DNA from: Hydrolagus affinis
Taxonomy: Eukaryota
DNA length: 64,000 bases
NCBI GenBank assembly: GCA_012026655.1
Contig: JAAILG010001358.1
Coordinates: forward strand, 1-64,000
Direction of reading: 5' to 3'
Made by a program: the position numbers and the translations under genes. This document shows positions 1-10,260 of this stretch, piece after piece. Position 1 is the stretch's first letter; the number at the start of each line of letters is the position of its first letter. Below the pieces are notes generated by a model. That model searched no databases. It had not been told where the DNA came from and worked only from the letters and a program-made list of their open reading frames with translations.

Positions 1-67
1 TGGCCTGAGTCAAAGCACCTCAGTCTTTGTATGTGATTTCAAATACTGTGTACAATCACTACTCTGT

Positions 68-330
68 AAACAACAACAACAGCAACAACAAAATTACATT
101 TATAGAGCACCTTTCAGGTCGGGAGGACGTCCCAAACAGTCAGGGTTGGGTCCTGAACATGGGAGAGGGAGAGAGGTGGGAGGGCAGCAGAAGGCACGAT
201 CGAAAAGGAGGGTCTTGAGACTGGCCTTGAAGGAGGCAAAGGAGGAAGCGAGACAATGTGGGATGGAGTTCCTCAGTGTGGGGGCAGAGAGGCTGAAAGC
301 CCAGCCACCAATGATAGGGCGGATCAGGCG
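68..330 (-). mobile_element. L2-clade LINE 3' end fragment
   Basis: Minus-strand translation GGWAFSLSAPTLRNSIP...SFKASLKTLLFDRAF resembles the L2 ORF2 C-terminus, followed by a pyrimidine-rich 3' UTR and (TTG)n tail; many near-identical copies in the window. Confidence 0.85.
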
Positions 331-734
331 TGTAAAGAATAGCGATTGTATATTTGAAGGCACATACAAAACTAATTTGCATTTATGTCTGTTGAAAGGC
401 GCCACACAAATGTAGTTTTGTTGTTGAAATGAATATCTGTTTTTCTGCTGGGCCTAGAATCTTTACCTTGGTTCAACATCTCATCCAAAGAATGGTACCT
501 CTGACCATTTAGTGATTTCCCCCCTACACTGTATTGGTGTACCATCGTATACTATATGCTCCCAAGGACTGTGGTGCTTTATAATATAAGAATGCTAACT
601 GTAACACTTGAATACACATCAATATAAACTAGCCAACAATTCACAGATAGCTTTAAGTGGGATTTTCCAAATTGCCACCTGTGTTTGCCTGAAGAATATA
701 CAGTAACTTCATGTCGCAGTAAAACCCTGTAAAG

Positions 735-915
735 TTCCTTCCTCACTCCCTTCACCTCGCCCTCTTCTTTCCTATTTTCAGGTCACACTTAAAGACCGTG
801 CTTTTGGTCACCTTTTTCCCCTCCCCCTGGCTCAGCCCCAGGATCCGTTATTGTGAAGCGCTCTGAGACGCCGTCTGGCATGGAAGGCGCGATATAAATC
901 TAAATTGCTGTTGTT
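735..915 (+). mobile_element. L2 LINE 3' end fragment (second subfamily)
   Basis: Homologous to the 3' part of 44358-44841; ends tgtgaagcgctctgagacgcc...gcgcgatataaat plus a TTG-type tail. Confidence 0.75.
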
Positions 916-1427
916 TTGATGTGTTTATGTGATACAGCATTATATCCAATGTAAAATTATTATCAATTATTATAATTATACAGTAAGGAAAATAATAATG
1001 GGTAAAAATCACAGTTCAGACTGTTGTGTTGTTTATCAATCTAAATTTGTTAGAATGCATGGCAGTTCATGTTTTGTAATAAAATACTACTATTAAATTT
1101 CTCTGCTATTTATTAAAAAACAAATTAACTTAATTCTTTTAATTATTCATGTGTTAGATTATTAATTTAATCTAGTTTAGAAATACATAATATATTTGTA
1201 CATAGGCAGAGAAAGTAATTTGTCAAAACTACAAGCAAACTGAAATGCAGATTGATTTGACAGTTTAAATATGCCAAAAGGTATAGTAACGTCTAAGCTT
1301 TCCATGTTCGTATCTAACGTTAGCTGTGCAGTTGCTGAATAAACTACATAAATGATTATGACTGTTTGTAATGATCTAGACTGGTTATAGACACGTGATT
1401 TTGATGTGTTTATCTGCTCTGTTAAAG

Positions 1428-1547
1428 CTTAACCTTGGAGAAACTGTAGTGAAAGTTACTGTTGATTTAAACAAACTTCAGAGTCTGCCAGCAATTGATC
1501 CAGCGAGTTTAAGTAGTATGCTTCAACAACATGTGCTTGATTTACAG
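1428..1547 (+). CDS. MBIP: MBIP (MAP3K12-binding inhibitory protein 1) coding exon, probably exon 2
   Basis: aag acceptor and CAG|GTGAGT donor; 120 nt encoding LNLGETVVKVTVDLNKLQSL...QQHVLDLQ, similar to the recalled vertebrate MBIP N-terminal region. Confidence 0.9.
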
Positions 1548-1794
1548 GTGAGTAAATTTTTAAAAAAAAATCTATTTTCATGTGTCTCTTACAAAGACAA
1601 TAACCCTGGTAGTTATAAGGCAATAAACTGAATTTGAGAAGTTTGAGAACATTATACTTTGCAACAATGAAACACAAGTACTTTTTTTCCCCTCTCTGCC
1701 TCTTCTCCTAAAGGTGTTGATTTATGTTGGACTGCAATATTATTTCACGTATCATTATTTTTTAATTATGAGTGTAAATAGTGAGTATTAGCAG

Positions 1795-2010
1795 CTATTC
1801 CCATTGGTTTTGCTTCCTTCAAGACCTGTCTCAAGACCCTCCTTTACGACCGTGCCTTCAGTCGCCCTCCCACCTCTCTGCCCTCTCTCATCCCAAGCAT
1901 ACCCAACCCCCCCCAACCCCCTGCTCAGGTTCTGACCCCTGACTGTTCAGGGCCTTGGGACGTCCTCCTGATGTGAACGGTGCTCTACAAATGTAATTTT
2001 GTTGTGGTTG
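1795..2010 (+). mobile_element. L2 LINE 3' end fragment
   Basis: SFKTCLKTLLYDRAF-like end, C-rich UTR, cttgggacgtcc...gtaattttgttg tail. Confidence 0.8.
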
Positions 2011-3364
2011 ATTTTGTATTTGTATGAGGCCGTATTGCATCAAAATGTGTCAAAAGCATTTCACAAGTAATTTCTATCATGTGTGATGATTTTTAACAGA
2101 CAGTTTTAGGGGCCACACCTCACACGCCTTAAAAATGCTGAGCAGCTCTTCTGCTTCTCTAGCTTATATCAATCAATTCAACACAGATAGGCAATCAAAC
2201 CTGAGGCATTTCTGATCTGTACAGCTTTGTTTCACTTTAAGAAGTGGCTTGAGTGGTTTATAATTGTCTTCTGAACCTCGAAATGAAATTGCAGCCTTGA
2301 AATCATTCTGGAGGATTTATACTGTAATCTCCATGCAATTTTATTCAGTTCTGGGTTTATTTTCTCTAACTGCCAGTAACTGTTCGGATGCATTGTTTTA
2401 TATGCCTTTAAGTATTAATGATGAATGTGAGAAAATCTTTTCAACTCCGATCAGTGTAATTTTTTTTAAAATATGCATATTTATTGAGTAACTGAATCAC
2501 TAAATTTAACTGATTGTCATTATTGAGTAAAGACGCTTTACTTACAGATCTGTACCTACATATGTGAATAAACTTGATAAATTACCAGATTCCCTCTGCA
2601 GACCTAGTGGCTTCCAATAATTGTTTACATCTATGAAGTTTACCACTCAGTGTCGGTATTGCACTTGTATCTCTGAAATCCACAATCATACAGTTGAACA
2701 AAAATCACTGTAGCTTTAACTTAGAAGAATCCATGTAACCTCAAGATTACTTTACAATGTTGGATTGTAGAGATTTATTATCCATCAGTTGTTGATGTAC
2801 AAAGTCCCCCAACATATCCCATTTAACTGAATAGTAGTCTCTTCCTACATTTTACTTTGCTTTGGTTGGCGGCTCCCTGACAGATTTCTCTTTGAGCATA
2901 CACAGTGGCTAAAATGGTTCCAGATGTAACAAAAACTGATTATGAGAGCCTTGGGAGAAGGTGTTAATGGTCTTAGCTCTTATATGTGCCCTACTTTGCT
3001 TATTAGTATTGTATTGAAGTTGGTCCTCATAAGATATAGAACAGTCAGCAACTTTTCATTAATCAAGATTTGTTTACATGGGTGTTTGTTTTAGTACCAG
3101 ACAGTGTTTTATTCTCGGTAGTTCTTATTTGTTAATACATTTTGTTCTCTCACCAAAATGTATTATCATCATGTCTTGGGCTATATATGTTTTTTTCAAG
3201 AAAAGAGTGAAAGTATGATAGCACATTAAGATTGTTTTTATAACAGTATAGGAAGAAAACACTGGGTTGCAACAAAAAAAGGTTGGGAACCACTGGTTTA
3301 AGCAGATGAACCCCAAGCTCTGGAGTAATTGCCCTTCAACAACTTAACAACTTTTTCTAATCAG

Positions 3365-3616
3365 TGCATTTCAGACAAGCTTGATCTTCTAGTTGGAAAT
3401 GGCTCATCTGGACATTGTGAAGCAATGCTGCCTATAAAGACAATTGGTAATCCAAAGGCAACGGAAGCAGAATGCAGCAAGAAGCCCGATTCAAATGAAG
3501 CAAGTAGTCTCGAAAGAAAGTTGCTGAATGAGTTAGAAAATAAATCCGAAGGACGAGATTCAGCAAATAATCCAGCCGAATTTGAATTGGTTCAGATTAA
3601 GGCTAGCAGAGATGAA
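3365..3616 (+). CDS. MBIP: MBIP coding exon (probably exon 3)
   Basis: tcag acceptor, GAA|GTAGGT donor; 252 nt, phase 0-0, CISDKL...ELVQIKASRDE; joins in frame to both neighbouring exons. Confidence 0.88.
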
Positions 3617-3723
3617 GTAGGTAACTGTAATTTCATATTGATATTTTTCTTTACATAATTATACTTATTTGGAAATTGTTTGTTTTCTGAGCAAGTCGAA
3701 CATTTTTGTCTGATTTATGACAG

Positions 3724-3820
3724 ATAGAAAGACGAATATCAGCCTTCATAGAGAGAAAGCAAGCTGAGAACAATGAAAACAATATCCGTGAATTTTGCAA
3801 TGTTATTCATTGTAATTTAG
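3724..3820 (+). CDS. MBIP: MBIP coding exon (probably exon 4)
   Basis: cag acceptor, G|GTGAGT donor; IERRISAFIERKQAENNENNIREFCNVIHCNL, a highly conserved MBIP block. Confidence 0.97.
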
Positions 3821-3879
3821 GTGAGTTGTTCTATTGAATGCTTTATTGATTTTAATATTTTTAGCATCTACTGCAAATA

Positions 3880-4558
3880 CAGTTAACCCTCTCCGAAGGC
3901 GACTTTCTTGATTGTGAATTCAACTATACTCAAAGAAAAAAATGCGTCACTTTTTTGTGTAATGCGCATAAAACTTGTGCGTATGCTCTGGCTGGCCACA
4001 TGCGCATGTGCACTTGCGAGGATGCCGGCCCCGAACGATGCACACTTGGGAAGTTAAGCTTGGAGATGGACTCCATAATGGAAAGGAGATGGACCCCATA
4101 ATGAAATTTAAAACAGGGAGCTCATGAAAGACTTTCGGTGGAAGGCAAAACAATGGAAAATCACTTCCTTCTTTCAACCTGCCAGTTTGTCTCAGCAGTC
4201 ATCCACTGAAAACTTACCTGCTGCTGCATCTTCTCAGCTATCCACTTCTGTCTCTCCACAAGCATCCACTTCGATGAACTTTGAGGCCGATGATTCCTCG
4301 GCCTCAGACTATTATGAGAGTGGGGAGAGCAATGAGCGGGGAGAGTGATGAGAGCAGAGAGAGCGGGCCAGCTGGCTGTAGCCCGCCTCAGTACATACCT
4401 TGCATTGGTTGGGTGTGGATGTGCCTGAAGGCATGAGGTGGGTAGCCTGTGGCTACCTTTTCCCCCCTTTTCCATTACTTGTTAAGCTTCCCGAACGCGA
4501 TTTTACTGAGTGCACAATTTTCCAGGAACATAAACCCCGTGTAGGCAAGGGTTAACTA
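3880..4558 (+). mobile_element. Non-autonomous Tc1/mariner (Tigger/pogo-like) DNA transposon
   Basis: TA target on both sides (3878-79, 4559-60); terminal inverted repeats cagttaaccct / agggttaacta; internal remnant KAKQWKITSFF resembles a Tigger transposase C-terminus. Confidence 0.75.
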
Positions 4559-4754
4559 TATTGAATATTTAACAATAGTACCTTATACAAGTAGAAATAA
4601 TTTTTTTAATTCGGTATTTTGTATGTGTTAAAGACGATATATACAATATAGTAGAAGTGGGGAAGAATATATTGTTTTAATTCCATTGCCTCACTGAATA
4701 GCTTCTTTTGAATTGTGTTTGTTGTCTCATTCATTTGCATGTGTTTTTGTGCAG

Positions 4755-4820
4755 AAAACAGCTGTGCTAGAACGGATGCAGTTTTCACTCCTCATCCTGG
4801 CTTTAAGAGTCATGTAAAAG
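4755..4820 (+). CDS. MBIP: MBIP coding exon (probably exon 5)
   Basis: gcag acceptor, AAG|GTACAG donor; 66 nt, (E)NSCARTDAVFTPHPGFKSHVK. Confidence 0.97.
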
Positions 4821-5204
4821 GTACAGATTGATTTTGTTGTTTTTAATCTTAACATTTTTGCTATTTTTCTTGTACAGTACTAAGCAAATATTTAACTTCA
4901 CAAGAGTGAGAATACAATTATGGTATGTTATGGTTTGCTTTTTCACTAAAAGAAACAAATGTGGATACAATTTAACTTGTGGAAAGTTCCGAATTTTGAG
5001 AAAAGTCACCACAACAATGATGTGTTCAAATTCATAACTCTTTTTCTCGAATTACTATCTGCGTACTACTTAAAAAACAATTTGTTTTGAGGATGTTGAT
5101 ACATTTCTGAAATAATACTATCTTAGAACTATCATCTATCTTAGAACTATCATCTTAGAACTAGATAAATTAGTTGCTATATCAATTGCAAGGATTATTA
5201 TTAT

Positions 5205-5451
5205 GGAGTCCTGTAGCTTAGTGGTTAGAGCACTAGCCTTGCAAGCGAGATACCGGGGTTCAGTTCCTGGCAGGGCAAAACCTTGGGCAAATTTCCTTAC
5301 TCCACACACCTGATTATAATCCATTGAAAAAACCCAATAATAATTTGGTCATTTCAATCCACAAAGTAGGACACTGCTGGGCGCAATTGGCTGCCATGTT
5401 TCTCCCACAGATATACAGTCAATTCACTTTACAGTATATTGTTTGAAACGC
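5205..5451 (+). mobile_element. tRNA-derived Deu-type SINE, short form, lacking its own tail
   Basis: Head ggagtcctgtagcttagtggttagagc with A-box and B-box-like ggttcagttcc; Deu-like core gcgcaattggctgcc. Confidence 0.85.
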
Positions 5452-5612
5452 CTAACTCTCTCCCTTCCCTCCTAACTCTCCCCTCCTAACTCTCTCCCTC
5501 CCCTCCTCCCTACCCTGCCCCTCCCTCTTGCTCGGATCCCGACCTAACTGTTCAGTGCCTTGGGACATCCTCCCGATGTGAAGGGCACTCAATAAATGTA
5601 ATGTTGTTGTTG
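5452..5612 (+). mobile_element. L2 LINE 3' UTR/tail fragment
   Basis: C/T-rich tract, ccttgggacatcctcccgatgtgaagggc...taaatgtaa and (TTG)n. Confidence 0.8.
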
Positions 5613-5928
5613 CATATCGGTTACTGAACCAGTGACTGTGCATTCTTGAATACCATAAATTCATACAACGTGTAGGGAGGATGATGGCTTTGTTTCTCAC
5701 AATTCAGTAATACAATGTTGGAAAATAATTATAGATGGTGCAAAATAAGAATTCATAAAGATCCTATATTTTATAGACAATTGTCAGGTTTTGAACATAA
5801 ATGTTTTGAAAGCACACTGGTAATGGTGGATTTATTACAGTGAATTATCATGTTACAGAATTAAACTGATTATATGAATAATGTGAAAGAAGACTTCCCA
5901 AATCGTGCATATTTCAATTTGTTTGCAG

Positions 5929-6081
5929 TTTCAAGAGTTGTGAATACATATGGGCCCCAAACCAGGCCTGAAAGTGCAGGAGAATTTCAGCAGAAATCTG
6001 CCAATGTGAGTCAAGACTGTGGTAACCCTGCTATTGAAGAGAGGCTACACAATATGGAAGCCCACCTGAAGCTCCAAGCAG
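5929..6081 (+). CDS. MBIP: MBIP coding exon (probably exon 6)
   Basis: ttgcag acceptor, CAG|GTGCAG donor; 153 nt, (V)SRVVNTYGPQTRPE...DCGNPAIEERLHNMEAHLKLQA. Confidence 0.97.
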
Positions 6082-6325
6082 GTGCAGTTTACTTTGCAGT
6101 CTTCTTATTAATAGTGTGCTAATGAGAAAGTAATCTAGTACAGGATGTGATTGCAAGAAAATAATTAATCAATAATTAATTCACATGATGGCATGAGCTG
6201 CAAGACAAGTACTTTGATAGTTTTTAAGCTGAATTTTCTTTGCTTGCATACCTCCAAATGATCAAGGTGAGATGATTTGTATGCTATCTATCTATGAAAT
6301 TTCTGATTTTGTTTTGTATATGTAG

Positions 6326-6423
6326 GCGGTCCAGTTCCAATGGACATTTATCGAAGGATCAAAATGCTTGAAGATAGAATTCTTCATTTGGAAGGCCTAT
6401 CTCCAGAGTATTTTCACCCAGTG
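6326..6423 (+). CDS. MBIP: MBIP coding exon (probably exon 7)
   Basis: tgtag acceptor, GTG|GTAGGT donor; (G)GPVPMDIYRRIKMLEDRILHLEGLSPEYFHPV, a coiled-coil/leucine-zipper-like segment. Confidence 0.97.
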
Positions 6424-7689
6424 GTAGGTTAATTGTTTTCATTACATTAGCTATTGTAAATAAATATATTAAATATAAATATGGCTTTAGGTAGATTGAA
6501 ACAATTTGGCCCCAAAAAATTATATGTTTTATCTAAATACTGTACATTCATAGTCTGCAAGTTATGTCTTTGCAGAATATATGTCTTTTTAGTTTTCTCA
6601 CCAACTCCCATTCAGTTATCACAACAACAGCTGCAGTTGCCAATTATCTTGTTTTATTAATCATGGATTTTTTTTTAAAAAAATTGCTCAATTTCAGTTT
6701 GACACAGCTAAGGATTACGAAAAGTAATGACAAAATTTATGTTGAACTTGATTTTAAAGGCTTCTCTTAATTATGAAGATTATTTGCAACTGTTAAGAAG
6801 ACATTACTAGTGAATAATTTTATCCATTCTTTAAAGAAAAAGGTGCAACATAGATAAATCTGTCACTATATTGATGAGAGCACCTGCATCTGAAGCAGTT
6901 ACCTGCAGGCTTCAATCTCAGGTCTGCCTGTCTTTTAGATCTTCCTGGTGGTTAATTTCATTAGTTCTTATTTGAAAATCGAAATCACACCAACAAATTA
7001 CATTTGTATGGCGCCTTTGAAAATGTGTCAAAGGATGTTTATAAGCAAATGACAATCGTATTAATGGAGAATCTATGGCTTAGACCTTTCTGGCAGTGCT
7101 GTAGCAAGTGAGAAAAAGGAACAACATTTTGCCAACAGAGGAATCTTGTGATGTGCAATCAGTCATAATAGAAAAAAGTTATATGCAATGGCAATTTAAC
7201 CTTGGACTGCTGCCCTTGTGGAAATAAGGAGAAAATTCAATTATAAAAAAGCATTGAAGAAACAGGTAATAACTGCTGTATTTTCTGTCCTTTCATCTGG
7301 GGCAGGGCATATAAGCACAATGACACAAGCAAGGTTAAGCTGGATACTATATTTGTAAAGATGCAATTGATTGAAATATGTACTGTACTATATTGAGCTG
7401 TTGACCAATTTATTTTCCATTGCCTTATTCAAAGCCATATAGCATCACATTTTTAATCCTTAGATGTATTTTTAAATTGGTGAGCTGGAATGTAAAATTT
7501 ATTTGTTAATGGACATTCAGAATTTGTGATAGTTCTCTCAATATTACACTCAAGTTTTCAGTGGGAGTTTTTGTTTCTAAGTGTTCATTTTTTGCCAGTG
7601 GTTGTTTACCGACACATGTCTTAAACTGCAACTTGGTTCAATGGCTTAATGGACAAAATAATATGTTGCCAAGCTATTACACTAGAATG

Positions 7690-7920
7690 TCTCTGGTCTG
7701 TGTTATGACCTAATCTGAGGATAATTGTGTTTGATTGCTGTTCAGTGACCCCTGCTGGAAAATTGGGCATTTGTGGATGTAAAAAGTGATTTTAGAATTC
7801 AGTGAGTTTAGGTTTGGGCTTCTGTCATAAACCCTACAGTTGAATAGTCTTCTGACACTGCCTAGGATCACACAAGAAGAATATCCAATTTGAACAAGGT
7901 ACCAACTAGCTGCCAGAAAA
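7690..7920 (+). mobile_element. Ancient SINE relic, AmnSINE2-like
   Basis: cagtgacccctgctggaaa...gtggatgt...gttgaatagtcttctgacact...cacacaagaagaat...aggtacc matches the recalled AmnSINE2 body; related copy near 37630. Confidence 0.55.
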
Positions 7921-8214
7921 CTGAAAAAAAAGGAAAGAAGTATTTTGCATAAGTATTTAATAAAATATGAAACTATTAAATATTAAATTGATGGGTCAGA
8001 AAAAAAGAGTGAGGTCTTTGAAATCTCTTATTCTGAAACATAATTTATTCAGTGATGCAAGGATTTAAGCAAAACACTTTTTTTTAGTATTAGTGTGTGA
8101 AGATTTAGCTGAAGTATGTACATTTAAGATTTTGTAGATCAATGTTGGACATATTGTCAATGATTTTAGGGTTTTGTGTTGCTTTTTCTTTAAAAAAAAA
8201 ACTTTTTCTTCTAG

Positions 8215-8253
8215 AATTTTTCAATTAAAAGACGAAAAGTTCAAGCCACTCAG
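8215..8253 (+). CDS. MBIP: MBIP 39-nt coding exon (probably exon 8), contains NLS-like KRRKV
   Basis: ttctag acceptor, CAG|GTATTT donor; NFSIKRRKVQATQ. Confidence 0.93.
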
Positions 8254-8419
8254 GTATTTAAATTCTTTTTATATTTGAAACAGCTTAGGGGTACAATTCT
8301 ACCTTGGTGTAAATTTACTCAATGAGTGTAGCATTTCAGAGTGCCCACAATTTAGCAAGTTCTTATGTACAATCTTAATTTTGGAGCTGTTTTCCTGTAA
8401 CATTTTAATCAGCTTGGTT

Positions 8420-8770
8420 CATTTAGTAGAACACCCGTTGATTCGGAAGGTGATGGATTCTAGTCCCCCATTGGAACTTTGAATGTGTTTAGTCTAGGCT
8501 GACACTCCATTGTAGTGCTGGAAGTTGCTGGTGGTGTCCTTCAGATGAGACATTAAACCTCTGTCTGTTCAGCTAGATGCTAAAGGTCATAATGCACTAT
8601 TCAAAAAGAAGAGATTTTCTCCCAGTGTCCTGACCAATCATCCCCCAAAATAAAACTAGTCATTTACTTCATGATTGTTTGTGGGACATATACACCAGAC
8701 TGTATATCCTGTGATCATTTTGAGACGTCTTCCTAATATGAAAGATGCTATATTAAACACAAAGTTTGTT
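8420..8770 (+). mobile_element. Old DeuSINE (SacSINE1/AmnSINE1-like) relic
   Basis: ctaggctgacactcc...ttcagatgagacattaaacc...gcactattc...cccagtgtcctgacc...tgtttgtgggac and an L2-type tail follow the recalled Deu-SINE layout. Confidence 0.65.
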
Positions 8771-9198
8771 TTCTTCGAAATACAGAAAACTGGCTTCAAA
8801 GTTAAGACTAAACACCACAATTTGTTGAATTCCTTCTGCCTTTGGATAAGAGAATTGAGCGAATGTTTCATTGAAATTTGTTACCCACTCAATAGATCAC
8901 ACCACCCTAATCAATATTTTCTCCTCATCAGTGTTTTGGGGAATTATGTGTGGTATTTTAATCCATTTCTTATGTTCAGGGAACCCATTTAATCCACCAG
9001 TTATTCTGTTTCCATACTATGCTTTTTCTAATTTCTTGGTCACAAGCTCAACACAAACAGTTCAATCTGAATGGGTAAAAACGTGTTGGTGCATTAAAGG
9101 TACCTGGAAGAGGTGGTTGTCAAAAAGCTTTGAGAATCCAAACCGCAATGCTTTACTCTGGTATCTGCAGATTTAAACTCTCAAAATCTGCCTTTCAG

Positions 9199-9309
9199 GG
9201 CTACAGCCTGACCGAATTAGATGAGAAGATTCATATGCTGAAGGCTGTACTGTTGCAGAAAGCAAATGACCAGGCTCATGCGATGGAGTCAGAGAAGATC
9301 TCTTTCTGA
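9199..9309 (+). CDS. MBIP: MBIP terminal coding exon with stop codon
   Basis: ctttcag acceptor; GYSLTELDEKIHMLKAVLLQKANDQAHAMESEKISF then TGA at 9307-9309. Confidence 0.95.
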   Translation, partial: GYSLTELDEKIHMLKAVLLQKANDQAHAMESEKISF

Positions 9310-10260
9310 TGTCAATTTTCACTCTTGAGATTTATGACTACTGATGAAAACTGGTTGAAATAAGTCTGTGAACAAACACGGTGGTATTTTTTTTTTAAAA
9401 TTGAGACTTGTCTTGCAGCAATTATATGGGAATTTATTGACATTTCCTGGAGTATTTTTCTTGGGTACTTCATCAAAATTCTACAGATTGGCAGTTTGGG
9501 TAGATTACCATTGATAACAGCAAGAGTCTCGTAACCGGATAAATGGAAATGTTTCTCTTTCGATAAAATCCAGCGTCATTCTTGAGCAATTTTTAGAAGG
9601 AGATCTTCATCTGCTGGTAGAACAGTAAGAAATGGAAGGATGAACATCTTGCACTGACTGCTGGTAGCACAAAGTTAGAAGAAACAGCGACAAAAAACAA
9701 TCCAGAATAAATACTTTTTTGTACATAAGTAGAAACATTCTGATGGCACTAATATTTGTCATCAGGACTAGATTGTATCTTGTTTGAGCTACATTTTCAA
9801 CTACTATAGGCATCTTATTCATTATTTATGTAAATATTGTACGTTTATGTAAATATTGTGTAGTACTTAGTGAAACCCTGGGAAAGTCTCTTTTGTTCAC
9901 ATGCCTGACGAATATCCTTCAAGAATAACAATACAATAAGAAATTGGTTACTTCAATCCTTGACTGTTTGTGGGACACTGCTATGTGCAATTGGCTGCTG
10001 CATTTCACCCACAAATATATAGTCAATTCACTTTACAGTATATTCTGTGAAGCGCTTTGAAACATCCTGAAGATGTGAAAAGCGCTATATCAAATGCAAG
10101 GATTATTATTATTGTGTATTGGTAGATGTTAATCTCTAAATGGTATAATAAAATTTGTTGTTACCATTTATTGTATTTTTTGAATGGTTATTACTTTTTA
10201 CCTTTCACTTATTCCAGATTTAAAAGTAAAGATTTCAGAATAAACGTTTTATGCTTCAGA
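9310..10260 (+). other. MBIP: Probable MBIP 3' UTR with candidate poly(A) signals
   Basis: AATAAA at 9706-9711, 10147-10152 and 10239-10244 downstream of the stop; the true transcript end is unknown. Confidence 0.5.
9870..10113 (+). mobile_element. Deu-type SINE, 5'-truncated
   Basis: gactgtttgtgggacactgc...gtgaagcgctttga...gcgctatatcaaatgcaagg(ATT)n. Confidence 0.9.

Noticed and set aside
1-1427. MBIP exon 1 / promoter
   Set aside because: No CpG island or N-terminal MBIP-like coding sequence seen; it lies upstream of the window
3263-3294. hAT-like terminal sequence (aaaaggttgggaaccactg)
   Set aside because: Resembles one end of a Charlie/hAT MITE, but I could not find the matching left end or an 8-bp TSD
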